DNA from: an uncultured delta proteobacterium
Lineage (GTDB): Bacteria > Desulfobacterota > Binatia > DP-6
NCBI GenBank assembly: GCA_963815115.1
Contig: CAWFFN010000009.1
Span: 1,856,001-1,920,000 of the forward strand
Direction: 5' to 3'
Length of the DNA: 64,000 bases
Part shown: piece by piece, positions 1 through 12,218 of the stretch
Numbering within the stretch: position 1 is the stretch's first letter
Layout: every line of letters begins with the position of its first letter
Position numbers and translations under genes: made by a program
Notes under the pieces: generated by a model
Told to the model about the DNA's origin: nothing
Database searches by the model: none
What the model saw: only the letters and a program-made list of their open reading frames with translations

Positions 1-27
1 CGCGGAGCGTCACCCCTGGAGACGGGC

Positions 28-480
28 ATGGTGACCCTGCGAGTGAACGGGAAATCGCGCGCGGTGGACGCGGACCCGAACACGCCGCTGCTCTGGGTCC
101 TGCGCGACGACCTGAGGCTGACCGGCACGAAGTTCGGCTGTGGCGTGGCCCAGTGCGGGGCATGCACGGTCCACCTCGACGGCAAGGCCGCGCGCTCCTG
201 CGTGACGCCGGTCGGCGCCGTCCGTGGCCGCGAGGTCGTCACCATCGAGGGCGTGTCGAGCAAGACGGCGAAGGCCGTTCAGGACTCCTGGCGCACCCTC
301 GACGTCGTGCAGTGCGGCTACTGTCAGTCCGGCCAGATCATGTCGGCGATCGCGCTTCTGGACGAGCTCCCCCACCCGTCCGACGACGACATCGACGCGG
401 CGATGACCGGCAACGTCTGCCGGTGCGCCACCTACGTCCGCATCCGGGCCGCCATCAAGGACGCAGCCCAGAACCTGTGA
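28..480 (+). CDS. iorA: (2Fe-2S)-binding small subunit, isoquinoline 1-oxidoreductase alpha / xanthine dehydrogenase family
   Basis: Motifs [25 protein letters not shown] and GNVCRC; GGAG RBS upstream. Confidence 0.93.
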   Translation: MVTLRVNGKSRAVDADPNTPLLWVLRDDLRLTGTKFGCGVAQCGACTVHLDGKAARSCVTPVGAVRGREVVTIEGVSSKTAKAVQDSWRTLDVVQCGYCQSGQIMSAIALLDELPHPSDDDIDAAMTGNVCRCATYVRIRAAIKDAAQNL

Positions 481-2657
481 TGCCCGCGGAATCGGTCACA
501 TCGCACCCGCCGCTGGAGCTGACCCGCCGTCGCTTCCTCGAGGCGGGCGCCGTTGCGGGTGCGGGTCTGCTGATCGGGTTCAACCTGCGGCGCGGGCGAG
601 GCATCGCGGAAGCGGCCGGCGCGTGGGAGCCGAACGCGTTCGTCCGCATCGCGCCGGACAGCACGGTGACGGTGATCGCCAAGCACATCGAGATCGGCCA
701 GGGAGCCTACACCGGGCTGGCGACGCTGGTGGCCGAGGAGCTGGACGCCGACTGGTCGCAGGTCCGGGTCGAGTCGGCCCCGGCCGACGAGAACGTCTAC
801 AAGAACCTCAGGGTCGGCGCCCAGCTCACCGGCGGCAGCTCGTCGATGGCGAACTCCTGGGACCAGCTTCGCAACGCGGGCGCCCTCGCGCGCGCGATGC
901 TGGTGTCCGCTGCCGCGGCGGAATGGGGTGTTCCGGCGACGGAGGTCACGGTCGAGCGCGGCGTCGTGCTCCACGCGTCCTCGAGCCGCCGCGCCAGCTT
1001 CGGCGAGCTCGCCACGAAGGCGGCGACGATGCCGCAACCGGCGGCGGTGACGGTCAAGGATGCGAAGGACTGGAAGCTGATCGGCGCCCGGCTGCCGCGG
1101 CTGGACTCGAAGGAGAAGACCGACGGCTCGGCGCAGTTCACGATCGACGTCTACCTGCCGGACATGCTGACGGCGCTCATCGCGCGGCCGCCGCGCTTCG
1201 GGGCCCGGGTGAAGCGCTTCGACGCGTCTCCCGCGCTGCAGGTGAAGGGGGTCAAGCAGGTCGTCGAGGTGCCGACCGGAGTCGCCGTCGTCGCGGACGG
1301 ATTCTGGGCGGCGCGCCAGGGCCGCGCGGCGCTGACGATCGAGTGGGACGAGGACGCGGCCGAGATGCGCGGCACCGAGGAGCTGTTCGACGCCTACCGC
1401 GCACTGGCGCAGCAGCCCGGCACGCCCGCTCGGCACGACGGGGATCCGGCCGCGGCGATCAAGGGGGCGCCGCACGTGCTCGAGGCCGTCTACGAGTTCC
1501 CCTATCTCGCGCACGCGCCGATGGAGCCGCTCGACTGCGTCATCCGCCTCGGGGCGGATGGCTGCGAGATCTGGGCCGGGTCGCAGGCCCAGACGACCGA
1601 TCAGTACACGGTCTCCAAGGTCCTGGGGTTACCGGTCGAGAAGGTCCGGATCCACACCATGCTCGGTGGCGGGAGCTTCGGCCGGCGGGCCACGCCGGAC
1701 GGCGACGTGGCCGGCGAGGCGGCCAGCATCGCCAGGGCGATTGGCGGGCGCCGGGCGGTCAAGCTGGTCTGGACGCGCGAGGACGACATCAGGGGCGGGC
1801 GCTACCGGCCGCAGTACGTGCACTACCTCAGCGCGGGCCTCGATCGGTCCGGCCGCATCCTGGGCTGGCAGCATCGCATCGTCGGCCAGTCCATCCTGAG
1901 GGGCACGCCCTTCGAGGCGAGGATGCTCAAGAACGGGATCGACGGGACCTCGGTCGAGGGCGCCGTCAACCTGCCGTACGCCGTCGGGAGCATCGGTGTG
2001 GAGCTGCAGACGACCGACGTCGGCGTGCCGGTGCTGTGGTGGCGGTCGGTCGGCAGCACGCATACCGCGTTCTCGACCGAGACGTTCATCGACGAGCTGG
2101 CGCACGCGGCGCGCCGGGACCCGGTCGAGTACCGCCGGAAGCTTCTCAAGGGACATCCGCGGCATCTCGCCGCGCTCGAGCTGGCCGCGGAGGCGGCGGG
2201 CTGGGGCACGCCGCTTCCGGCCGGCCGGGCGCGCGGCGTCGCCGTGCACGAGTCGTTCAACACCGCGGTGGCGGAGATCGCCGAGGTCTCGCTCGGTCCG
2301 GACGGGCTGCCCAGGGTCGAGCGCGTCGTGTGCGCGGTCGACTGCGGCGTCGCCATCAATCCGGACGTGGTCCGGGCGCAGATGGAAGGCGGGATCGGGT
2401 TCGGCCTGGGTGCCGCGCTACTGAACGAGATCACGCTCTTCGAGGGCCGGGTCCAGCAGTCGAACTTCCACGACTACCACCCGATCCGGATCGAGCGGAT
2501 GCCGGCGATCGAGGTCCACATCGTGCCCTCGGCGGCGCCGCCGACCGGCGTCGGCGAGCCCGGCGTGCCCCCGATCGCGCCCGCGGTGGCGAACGCGATG
2601 TTCCAGCTCACCGGGAAGCGCGTGCGGCGCCTGCCGTTCGCGAGGCGCGAGGCATGA
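480..2657 (+). CDS. iorB: Molybdopterin-binding large subunit, isoquinoline 1-oxidoreductase beta family, Tat-exported
   Basis: ATG at 480 overlaps the iorA stop (TGATG). Twin-Arg [37 protein letters not shown] and GVGEPGVPP motifs. Confidence 0.93.
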   Translation: MPAESVTSHPPLELTRRRFLEAGAVAGAGLLIGFNLRRGRGIAEAAGAWEPNAFVRIAPDSTVTVIAKHIEIGQGAYTGLATLVAEELDADWSQVRVESAPADENVYKNLRVGAQLTGGSSSMANSWDQLRNAGALARAMLVSAAAAEWGVPATEVTVERGVVLHASSSRRASFGELATKAATMPQPAAVTVKDAKDWKLIGARLPRLDSKEKTDGSAQFTIDVYLPDMLTALIARPPRFGARVKRFDASPALQVKGVKQVVEVPTGVAVVADGFWAARQGRAALTIEWDEDAAEMRGTEELFDAYRALAQQPGTPARHDGDPAAAIKGAPHVLEAVYEFPYLAHAPMEPLDCVIRLGADGCEIWAGSQAQTTDQYTVSKVLGLPVEKVRIHTMLGGGSFGRRATPDGDVAGEAASIARAIGGRRAVKLVWTREDDIRGGRYRPQYVHYLSAGLDRSGRILGWQHRIVGQSILRGTPFEARMLKNGIDGTSVEGAVNLPYAVGSIGVELQTTDVGVPVLWWRSVGSTHTAFSTETFIDELAHAARRDPVEYRRKLLKGHPRHLAALELAAEAAGWGTPLPAGRARGVAVHESFNTAVAEIAEVSLGPDGLPRVERVVCAVDCGVAINPDVVRAQMEGGIGFGLGAALLNEITLFEGRVQQSNFHDYHPIRIERMPAIEVHIVPSAAPPTGVGEPGVPPIAPAVANAMFQLTGKRVRRLPFARREA

Positions 2658-3253
2658 AACGGCACCTGGTGGCCGTCCTCGGCGTCGCCGCGTGCCTGCT
2701 CCCGGCCCTCGCCGCCGCGCAGGCCGGACGGACCCTCCAGCCACCGAGCGCGTTCGCGGGAATCACCGACCAGCGGCAACGCTCCGAAGCGCTCTTCGTG
2801 GAAGCGGGCAAGGTCCTGCAGAATCCGCGCTGCGTGAACTGTCACCCTGCCGGCGATCGTCCCTTGCAGGGCGACGACGGGCATCCTCACGAGCCCGCCG
2901 TGCGCCGCGGTCCGGAGGGACATGGCGCTGCGGGATTGCACTGCGCGACCTGTCACCCCGCCGCGAACTACGACGCGGTCGGCATGCCGGGACATCCCGA
3001 TTGGCACCTGGCGCCGATCTCGATGGCGTGGCAGGGTCGCTCCCTGTCCCAGATCTGCGCGCAGCTGAAGGATCCGACGCGCAATGGCGGGCGCAGCCTC
3101 GCCCAGATCGTGGAGCACATGTCTCGCGACTCGCTCGTCGGGTGGGGGTGGGCGCCAGGAGTCGGACGCGAGCCGGCACCCGGTACGCAAGCCATGCTGG
3201 GTGAGCTCATCAAGGCCTGGGTCGATACGGGAGCGGCGTGTCCGCAGGGCTGA
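2654..3253 (+). CDS. Periplasmic diheme c-type cytochrome (third subunit associated with IorAB)
   Basis: ATGA overlap with iorB; signal peptide [22 protein letters not shown]; two CxxCH motifs (CVNCH, CATCH). Confidence 0.85.
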   Translation: MKRHLVAVLGVAACLLPALAAAQAGRTLQPPSAFAGITDQRQRSEALFVEAGKVLQNPRCVNCHPAGDRPLQGDDGHPHEPAVRRGPEGHGAAGLHCATCHPAANYDAVGMPGHPDWHLAPISMAWQGRSLSQICAQLKDPTRNGGRSLAQIVEHMSRDSLVGWGWAPGVGREPAPGTQAMLGELIKAWVDTGAACPQG

Positions 3254-4404
3254 TGCGCGACGTCCTCGACGCGTGGCGGAGGTCGGAGCAGCGCGGTGAG
3301 CAGGCCGTGCTCGCGACGATCGTGCGCGTGGAGGGTTCCAGCTACCGGCGCGCGGGCGCCCGGCTCCTCGTCACGGCGAGCGGCGTGCCGGTCGGGACGA
3401 TCAGCGGCGGATGCGTCGAGCGCAATCTCGGGCATCGTGCGTGGTGGCTCACGGCAGCGGGCCGTCCCGCTCTCGTGTCGTACGACGCGAGCGCAGCCGA
3501 CGACGGCGAGGAGGACGCGGGCTCCGGATGCGGAGGGGTCGTGTCGGTCTTGCTGGAGCGGCTCACGCCCGGCGACCCGAACCCGCTGCACGTCATCGAC
3601 GCGGTCCGCCGGGTGCGCCGGCCGGGCGTCGTGGTGACGACGCTCGCCGACGAGGCGGCGCCGGGCGCGCTCGGTGCCCACTGTCTCGGGTTCCCCGACG
3701 GCACGCTGTGGTCCTCGTCCGACTGCGACGCCGCTGCGGCGCTGCGGACGGTCGCCGAGCACGCCCTCGCGACGGGCGCGCGCGAGGGGGTCCGCGTCAC
3801 CACGGTCGCGGGCGTCCCGGCGCTCGTCGAGGTCGTCGCGCCGCCGCCGGCGCTCGTCATCCTCGGCACGGCCGCCGCCGCCCGGACGCTGCTCGCCTTC
3901 GCGAATGCGCTCGAGTGGGACGTGACCGTGAGCGGCAGCCACGCGGGCAGGACACGGCCTGCGCTCTTCCCGCTGGCCGACCGCGTCGTCCTGACATCAC
4001 CCGATGAGCCGCTGCGCGGTGTGCCGCTCGACGCGCAGAGTGCGGTCGCGGTGATGACCCACAGTCTCAGCCTCGATCGGACCATCCTGCGCGCGCTGCG
4101 CGAAGTGCCGCTGCGCTATCTCGGTCTGCTCGGCCCGCGTCACCGCACCGAGGGCCTGCTGGCGGAGGTGTTCGGCGACGACGCCGCGGGGCTGGCTCGC
4201 ATGCGCGCGCGGCTTCACGCCCCGATCGGGCTCGACATCGGGGCCGACGGTCCGGACGAGATCGCGCTCGCGATCCTCGCCGAGATCCGGGCCGTGCTGG
4301 CGTGCCGCTCCGGCGGTCACCTGCACGCGCGCCCCGCGCCGCTGCACGGCGCCGCACGCGTCACGCCCCTGGCGCGCCACTCGGCGATCGGTGGGCGCCG
4401 GTGA
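3253..4404 (+). CDS. xdhC: XdhC/CoxI family molybdenum cofactor insertion chaperone
   Basis: [40 protein letters not shown] and APIGLDIGA motifs. Confidence 0.9.
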   Translation: MRDVLDAWRRSEQRGEQAVLATIVRVEGSSYRRAGARLLVTASGVPVGTISGGCVERNLGHRAWWLTAAGRPALVSYDASAADDGEEDAGSGCGGVVSVLLERLTPGDPNPLHVIDAVRRVRRPGVVVTTLADEAAPGALGAHCLGFPDGTLWSSSDCDAAAALRTVAEHALATGAREGVRVTTVAGVPALVEVVAPPPALVILGTAAAARTLLAFANALEWDVTVSGSHAGRTRPALFPLADRVVLTSPDEPLRGVPLDAQSAVAVMTHSLSLDRTILRALREVPLRYLGLLGPRHRTEGLLAEVFGDDAAGLARMRARLHAPIGLDIGADGPDEIALAILAEIRAVLACRSGGHLHARPAPLHGAARVTPLARHSAIGGRR

Positions 4405-5072
4405 TCCGGGAAGGCGTGCCAGGCCGCGTCGCGATCGTCGTGCTCGCCGCCGGCGGCTCGACGCGAATGGGCGAGCCGAAGCAGCTGCTGTCGTTTCGCG
4501 GCACCTCGTTCCTCCGGGCCGCCGCGAAGGAAGCGCTGGCGTCGCGATGCCAGCCCGTGTGCGTGGTGCTCGGCAGCCGGGCCGATCTGCTCGAGCGCGA
4601 GGTCGCGGACCTGCCCGTCGCGGTGGCGCTGAACCGCGGGTGGGCGAGCGGCATGGCGTCGTCGATCCGCACCGGTCTCGAGACCGTCGTCGAGGTTGCG
4701 CCCCGCTCCGAAGCCGCCGTCTTCATGCTCTGTGACCAGCCGCTGGTCACGGCGGAGGTTCTCGACGGGCTGGTGCGAGCGTGGGGCGCGACGGGCCGAT
4801 CGATCGTCGCCAGCGCGTACGGCGAGGGGTACGGCGTGCCGGCGCTCTTCGCACGATCCTGGTTCGGCGACCTGTCGAGGCTCGCGGGCGACGCCGGTGC
4901 CCGGCCGATCATCCGGGCCCACGCCGCCCAGGCGGCGCTCGTGCCCTTTCCCGGGGGTGCCGTCGACGTGGACTCCCCGGAGGACTACGCGCGCCTCACG
5001 CGAAGCCGGCCGGCCGGTCACGTCCTCGAGCGGGGACACGGGGCCGCGGCGATCCCTGACGGCCCCGGGTGA
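4401..5072 (+). CDS. mocA: Molybdenum cofactor cytidylyltransferase (MocA-like NTP transferase)
   Basis: GTGA overlap; VLAAGGSTRMGEPKQLL, LCDQP, GDAGAR and DVDSPEDY motifs. Confidence 0.88.
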   Translation: MIREGVPGRVAIVVLAAGGSTRMGEPKQLLSFRGTSFLRAAAKEALASRCQPVCVVLGSRADLLEREVADLPVAVALNRGWASGMASSIRTGLETVVEVAPRSEAAVFMLCDQPLVTAEVLDGLVRAWGATGRSIVASAYGEGYGVPALFARSWFGDLSRLAGDAGARPIIRAHAAQAALVPFPGGAVDVDSPEDYARLTRSRPAGHVLERGHGAAAIPDGPG

Positions 5073-5085
5073 GCACCTGCCGCCG

Positions 5086-5763
5086 TCACTCCCGGTGAAG
5101 CGGCGACACGTCGGAAAGGTCCTGGTGAATCGAGTCGACCTCGCTGTCGATGGCCTGGACGGCGGCGGCGACAAGCGCCGGATTCATCCCTGCCGGCAGG
5201 TCGCCCTCGAAGCGCGTCGCGCCTTCGGGGTCGATCCTCACGCTCAACCAGCCGTTCGTCCCGTTCTCGTCGGAGCGCAGCAGCGCCCGGTAGGTGCCCT
5301 CGAGGTCTCCTCTCGTCGAGATGTTCCGGGTGAGGTTTGCATCGTGGCCCGTCCCCGCACGTCCGAACACGTCGGTCCTGACGGCGGGACCGCCCGCCGG
5401 CTCGATCGTGATGCGCAGCGCGTCCCGGTCCCACGAGGGAACGATCCGTCCGATCACCGGCGCATTCTCGCTCGTTCCGTTACGGACCACCGCGGCGTCG
5501 GGCCCGTTCGACCACACGCCGGCGACCGGTCTTCCGCCGCTCTTGTAGACGAACATCGGCTCACCCGGGCGCCGGAACAGCCCCGTGGGCACGAGCGCGC
5601 CCGCCGTGGCCCCCTGGGTGGTCACGAGGCCGCGATGGGTCAGCTCCGCCGAGAACGGCGCCGCGGACGCGGTGCCCGCGAGGAGCGCGGCTCCGCAGGC
5701 GACCATCGTGCCGGCACCGAGCAGCCGGCGGAGTCGTGGACCGTGTGTCTTCCGGGACGTCAT
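5086..5763 (-). CDS. Hypothetical secreted protein
   Basis: ATG at 5763 with GGAGG RBS; signal peptide ending ...ALLAGTASA; GC-rich codon usage. Confidence 0.65.
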   Translation of the reverse strand: MTSRKTHGPRLRRLLGAGTMVACGAALLAGTASAAPFSAELTHRGLVTTQGATAGALVPTGLFRRPGEPMFVYKSGGRPVAGVWSNGPDAAVVRNGTSENAPVIGRIVPSWDRDALRITIEPAGGPAVRTDVFGRAGTGHDANLTRNISTRGDLEGTYRALLRSDENGTNGWLSVRIDPEGATRFEGDLPAGMNPALVAAAVQAIDSEVDSIHQDLSDVSPLHRE

Positions 5764-5789
5764 GAGTACACCTCCTCTGGTGAATGGTT

Positions 5790-6271
5790 TCATACGGGGG
5801 GCGGACCGACGTAGCGGACCCTGCCGGCGCGCACCAGGTCGTCGAGCGTGCCGAGCACCTCCTCGACGGGGGTCACCGCGTCGAAGCCGTGCAGCTGATA
5901 GAGGTCGATGTGGTCGGTGCCGAGCCGTCGCAGGCTTCCCTCGACGGCCCGGATCAGATGATGGCGCGAGGAGCCGACGTCGTTCGGACCCGGTCCCGAA
6001 CGGAAGGTGCCCTTGGTGGAGATGATCACCTGGTCGCGGCGGCCGTCGATCGCACGCCCCAGGATCTCCTCGGCCATGCCGTCGGAGTAGATGTCCGCCG
6101 AGTCGAACATGGTGAGGCCCGCTTCCAGGCAGATGTCGACGAGCCTCGTCGCCTCCGCCACGTCGCTCGCGCCCCAGGCTCTGAAGAGCTCGTTGCCGCC
6201 GCCGAAGGTGCCGGTCCCGAGGCTCAGCGCCGGGACCTTGAACCCCCGCCTCCGAGCTGCCGGAATTCCAT
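5790..6271 (-). pseudogene. Truncated, frameshifted aldo/keto reductase
   Basis: MEFRQLG start at 6271 (GGAGG RBS) is out of frame with GFKVPALSLGTGTFG...FDSADIYS...SLRRLGTDHIDLYQLH. The ORF stops after RVRYVG, at about half the usual AKR length. Confidence 0.8.
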
Positions 6272-6480
6272 CGTCGCCTCCCTTCCGCATCATGGGAAGG
6301 CAATCTCCGTGCCGGGAGCGAGCGTCCCCTCCTTCGTCGACTACCGCCACGCCGCTGCCGACATGTCGCCCACGTGCCGAGATATCGGCATTCCCCGGCG
6401 AAAGGCGCCGGCTCGTGCTGCTCGCGGCGCCGCTTGAACGACGACCTCGGTCTGGCACAGATTCTCCACCACTCCTCGCC

Positions 6481-7482
6481 ATGGACATCCGCGACGGCAT
6501 CCTCGAGACCATCGGCAACACGCCACTCATCCGGCTGCGCAAGGCCTCGGAGCTGACCGGCTGCACGATCCTCGGCAAGGCCGAGTTCCTGAACCCCGGC
6601 GGCTCCATCAAGGATCGCGCCGCACTCGCCATCGTCGCCGACGCCGAGGCCCGGGGGCTGATCCGTCCCGGCGGCGTGGTCGTCGAGGGAACGGCCGGCA
6701 ACACCGGCATCGGATTGACGCTGGTGGGCAACGCGCGCGGCTATCGCACGGTGATCGTCCTCCCCGAGACCCAGTCCCAGGAGAAGAAGGACATGCTGCG
6801 GCTGGTCGGCGCCGAGGTGCGCGAGGTGCCGGCGGTCCCGTACGCGAATCCGGGCAACTACGTGCACGTGTCCGAACGGGTGGCGAAGGAGCTCGCCGTC
6901 AGCGAGCCCAACGGTGCCTTCTGGGCGAACCAGTGGGACAACGTCGCCAATCGGCGCGGCCACTACGTGACGACCGGGCCCGAGATCTGGCGCCAGACCG
7001 ACGGGAAGGTCGACGGCTTCGTGTGCGCGGTCGGCACCGGCGGCACGCTGTCGGGCGTGGGACTGTTCCTGAAGGAGCGCAATCCGAAGATCCGCGTCGG
7101 CCTCGCGGACCCGATGGGCGCCGCGCTCTACAGCTACTTCAAGCACGGCGAGCTCAGGGCGCAAGGCACCTCGATCACCGAGGGCATCGGCCAGGGCCGC
7201 ATCACGAAGAACATCGAGGGCGCACCGATCGACGTGCCGTACCAGATTTCCGACGAGGAGGCGTTGCCGATCATCTTCGACCTGCTGAAGGACGAGGGGC
7301 TGTGCCTCGGCGGCTCGAGCGGCATCAACGTCGCGGGCGCCATCCGCCTGGCACGCGAGCTGGGGCCGGGCCACGTCGTCGTCACCGTGCTCGCCGACTA
7401 CGGCAACCGCTACCAGAGCAAGCTGTTCAACCCGGCGTTCCTCCGATCGAAGAACCTGCCGGTGCCCGGCTGGCTCGCCTGA
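6481..7482 (+). CDS. cysK: Cysteine synthase A family (PLP-dependent)
   Basis: IGNTPLIRL, KAEFLNPGGSIKDR (PLP lysine), EGTAGNTG, VGTGGT and EGIG motifs. Confidence 0.92.
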   Translation: MDIRDGILETIGNTPLIRLRKASELTGCTILGKAEFLNPGGSIKDRAALAIVADAEARGLIRPGGVVVEGTAGNTGIGLTLVGNARGYRTVIVLPETQSQEKKDMLRLVGAEVREVPAVPYANPGNYVHVSERVAKELAVSEPNGAFWANQWDNVANRRGHYVTTGPEIWRQTDGKVDGFVCAVGTGGTLSGVGLFLKERNPKIRVGLADPMGAALYSYFKHGELRAQGTSITEGIGQGRITKNIEGAPIDVPYQISDEEALPIIFDLLKDEGLCLGGSSGINVAGAIRLARELGPGHVVVTVLADYGNRYQSKLFNPAFLRSKNLPVPGWLA

Positions 7483-7494
7483 CGCGCCCTGCGA

Positions 7495-9620
<2,126 letters not shown>

Positions 9621-9702
9621 CCATGGTCGGTCTACCTGCCGGTCCGAGGGGAGTCCACCGTGGTCGTGCGGGCGTCGTCCCGGAGACGACGTCCGCGGAG
9701 CG

Positions 9703-9981
9703 TCACTCCTCGGCGCGGTTCGGCTCGCTCTGACGCGGCTCCTTGCAGCTGTTCTCGTAGCACGAGCCCAGGTAGCCGGCGCAGCGTTTCTGCGCGCTCC
9801 TGCTGGAGCCCAGGCTCTGCAGGCAGCGGATGTGCTGGGCCTGGCATTCGATGAGGCAGCGTTGGTCGGCCTCGGTGGCGACGCCGGGCGGGGAGGGGAG
9901 CTTGACGGAGCAGCCGGCGAGGGTGGCCGCCAGCGCGGCGACCAGGAGCCGCCGGGGCGTCGAAGGCGGCGGAGGCGTCAC
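9703..9981 (-). CDS. Small Cys-rich lipoprotein
   Basis: RRLLVAALAATLAG-C lipobox followed by six more Cys; GTG start is uncertain. Confidence 0.55.
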   Translation of the reverse strand: MTPPPPSTPRRLLVAALAATLAGCSVKLPSPPGVATEADQRCLIECQAQHIRCLQSLGSSRSAQKRCAGYLGSCYENSCKEPRQSEPNRAEE

Positions 9982-10172
9982 CACGGATTCGATCGGACGA
10001 TCGCTCGACGGCAACGTGCCCGCACGAGGGGAGGCTAGCGCAGATCTGCCAGCGGGTAACAACCGTACACCAGAGTGCACACCAGAAAGCTTATACGCTC
10101 CAAAAAATGGGGAGATGAGAATGAACCCACGCTCGGCACGAGCCGGTGCACCTCGAAGGGGGAGAAATTGAG

Positions 10173-11792
10173 ATGCCATCCATCGACGTAGTCATGGGCG
10201 GCCTGCTCGTCCTGCTGGCCGCGAGTGATCGGTTCAATACCCCACTCACGAACAGATCGTCGACGACGGCGATTCGGTACCACTCGGCGGCGACGGCGTA
10301 CTACGTGATCGCACTGTCGGCATATCTCCTCATCGTGACCTCGGCGCAGCCGCTGTCGGTTCTTTCTCGGTTCGTGCAGGGGATCGGAGGCGGACCGGGC
10401 GGCCCATCGCCCGCTCTGATCGCGGCGTTCGCGCTCGGTGCATTGTTGCCTCGCACTCCCGGGGTCTGCGACATCGACAACTGGCTTCGCCGGCGGCTGC
10501 AAGCGATGGCTGCGATCCCGCAGGAGGTGCGCCGGCTCGCCGCGGAGATACGGCGCGCACGATTCGATCCTCCCGCCGACTTGCAGGAGCACACGAGGCT
10601 GTTCGTCGAAGAACTCGGAATGGACAGGTCGCAGCTCGATTTCGGCGGGAGATCTCCGGCGCGGGTCGCATGGACCAAGCTCAGTGTACTTCGAGTGGTG
10701 CTCGATCAATGGGAAGAAGACCGGAGGTTTGCTGCCTTCATGAGCGCGTTCAGGTCGGACGTCGAGGACATCAAAGCGCGATACGGACGCCTGGTGCCCA
10801 AGGCGAAGACCGCCCTGTACGTAGCCGGCGAAGGCTTGCACTCCGACGGGGTAGGCGACGCACGGCACACGCAGGCGGCACTGGCCTATCTGACGGATTT
10901 CCAGGACCAGGCCGGTGAGTGCGCGCATGCGCTGCTGGCGTTCATGAGCAGGGCGTTGCTCCAGTGCGACCTCACGCACAAGGCTCGGGTGGGGCATCTC
11001 CGGTCGATCGGGTTCGGCGTCCGATCAATGGACAAACGCTTCGCACTCGACGAGCTCTTGATGGTCGGCCTGGCGGCCTGGGTGATCGTACTGTTCGGCT
11101 TCATTTGCGTTCCCGGAATCGTCGCCTCGGTGTCGATAGACGAGATATTGGCCCGGACGCTCATGATCGCCGTCATCTACAGCGTGGGCGTGGCGTGCGC
11201 CATCTACGAGCGAGAGCATCGACCGAACGAGATGCCGCGTGCTCGGGTACGGCCGGTTGCGCGATACCTCGCGGTTGCCCTCGTCGCGTCGGCGTGCGGT
11301 CTGATGATCAGCCTCTGGTTCCACGTCGCAATCTTCACGAGCTTCTCGAAGGGCCTGGAGCGGCTGATGATCGTCTACCCGTGGTTCGTTCTCACTTTTC
11401 TGATCACGTTCATGACCGCGGTATGTCTCGACAACGCCGCGCCCGCCGGCGGACGCGGACGGCTGCGCGCGATCGAGGGAAGTTCGATGGCGCTCGTGAT
11501 GCTGCTCGCCGCTTGCGGCGTCCGGGCGTGGCTGGGGCAGCGGGCGACTTCAGCGGGCGCGGCGGGCTACAGGGTACCGCCTCTTGCCGGCGTCATGATG
11601 ATATCGGCTGGCATCGGCCTCTTCGTCGGCTGGTTCGTGCCGACCTGGTATCGCGAGGCGCCGCGGAGATCGATCGGCGAGGATACCGGGGATCATGAAG
11701 GTGCCCCGGCATCGAACGTGATCTCGCTGACGCCGGACGACGGGGTAGGAGCTACCGTCGACCACACCGGGACCGGCAATCGGGCGGCCTGA
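10173..11792 (+). CDS. Hypothetical polytopic membrane protein
   Basis: 539-aa ORF with GGAG RBS; about 3 N-terminal and 6 C-terminal hydrophobic segments around a soluble helical region. Confidence 0.75.
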   Translation: MPSIDVVMGGLLVLLAASDRFNTPLTNRSSTTAIRYHSAATAYYVIALSAYLLIVTSAQPLSVLSRFVQGIGGGPGGPSPALIAAFALGALLPRTPGVCDIDNWLRRRLQAMAAIPQEVRRLAAEIRRARFDPPADLQEHTRLFVEELGMDRSQLDFGGRSPARVAWTKLSVLRVVLDQWEEDRRFAAFMSAFRSDVEDIKARYGRLVPKAKTALYVAGEGLHSDGVGDARHTQAALAYLTDFQDQAGECAHALLAFMSRALLQCDLTHKARVGHLRSIGFGVRSMDKRFALDELLMVGLAAWVIVLFGFICVPGIVASVSIDEILARTLMIAVIYSVGVACAIYEREHRPNEMPRARVRPVARYLAVALVASACGLMISLWFHVAIFTSFSKGLERLMIVYPWFVLTFLITFMTAVCLDNAAPAGGRGRLRAIEGSSMALVMLLAACGVRAWLGQRATSAGAAGYRVPPLAGVMMISAGIGLFVGWFVPTWYREAPRRSIGEDTGDHEGAPASNVISLTPDDGVGATVDHTGTGNRAA

Positions 11793-11810
11793 GTCGAACT
11801 GCCGCTGGGC

Positions 11811-12218
11811 TCACCGGCAGTCCTGCCCGCCGAAGATGTTGGGCCGGCATGTCCGGGTCTTCCCGTTCGGGTACCTGAGGTCTCGCCCTCCGAAGATGTT
11901 CGGTACCGACTGCACGCGCCCGCCGTTCGGGAGCTGGTAGTCCTCGCCGCCGAGGACGTTGGGCGACGAGCGGGTCGTGCCTTCCCGGGTCCGGATGTCG
12001 TCGCCTCCGAAGATGTTCGGCTGCGAGGTCGAGCGCCTGCCGCCGGGACCCTCGGTGTCGACGCCCCCGAAGATGTTGGGCCTGGACGTGGAGCGTCCCC
12101 CGGGACCCTCGCAGTCCTGTCCCCCGAAGATGTTGGGGCGGCACGTGACCTGACCCGGCGCCGCCACCGGGACGGCGAGCAGCCCGAGCAGACCGGCGAG
12201 GACGAAGGCTCCCCTCAT
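11811..12218 (-). CDS. Secreted protein with six PN(I/V)(F/L)GG repeats
   Basis: Signal peptide; ~19-20 aa repeats; ATGA overlap with the WYL gene stop; GAGGAG RBS. Confidence 0.8.
   Translation of the reverse strand: MRGAFVLAGLLGLLAVPVAAPGQVTCRPNIFGGQDCEGPGGRSTSRPNIFGGVDTEGPGGRRSTSQPNIFGGDDIRTREGTTRSSPNVLGGEDYQLPNGGRVQSVPNIFGGRDLRYPNGKTRTCRPNIFGGQDCR

Noticed and set aside
11820-12150. Regularly spaced CCGAAGATGTT repeats that could resemble a CRISPR array
   Set aside because: The repeats are about 11 nt, vary at synonymous positions and encode the in-frame PNIFGG protein repeat; there are no cas genes.
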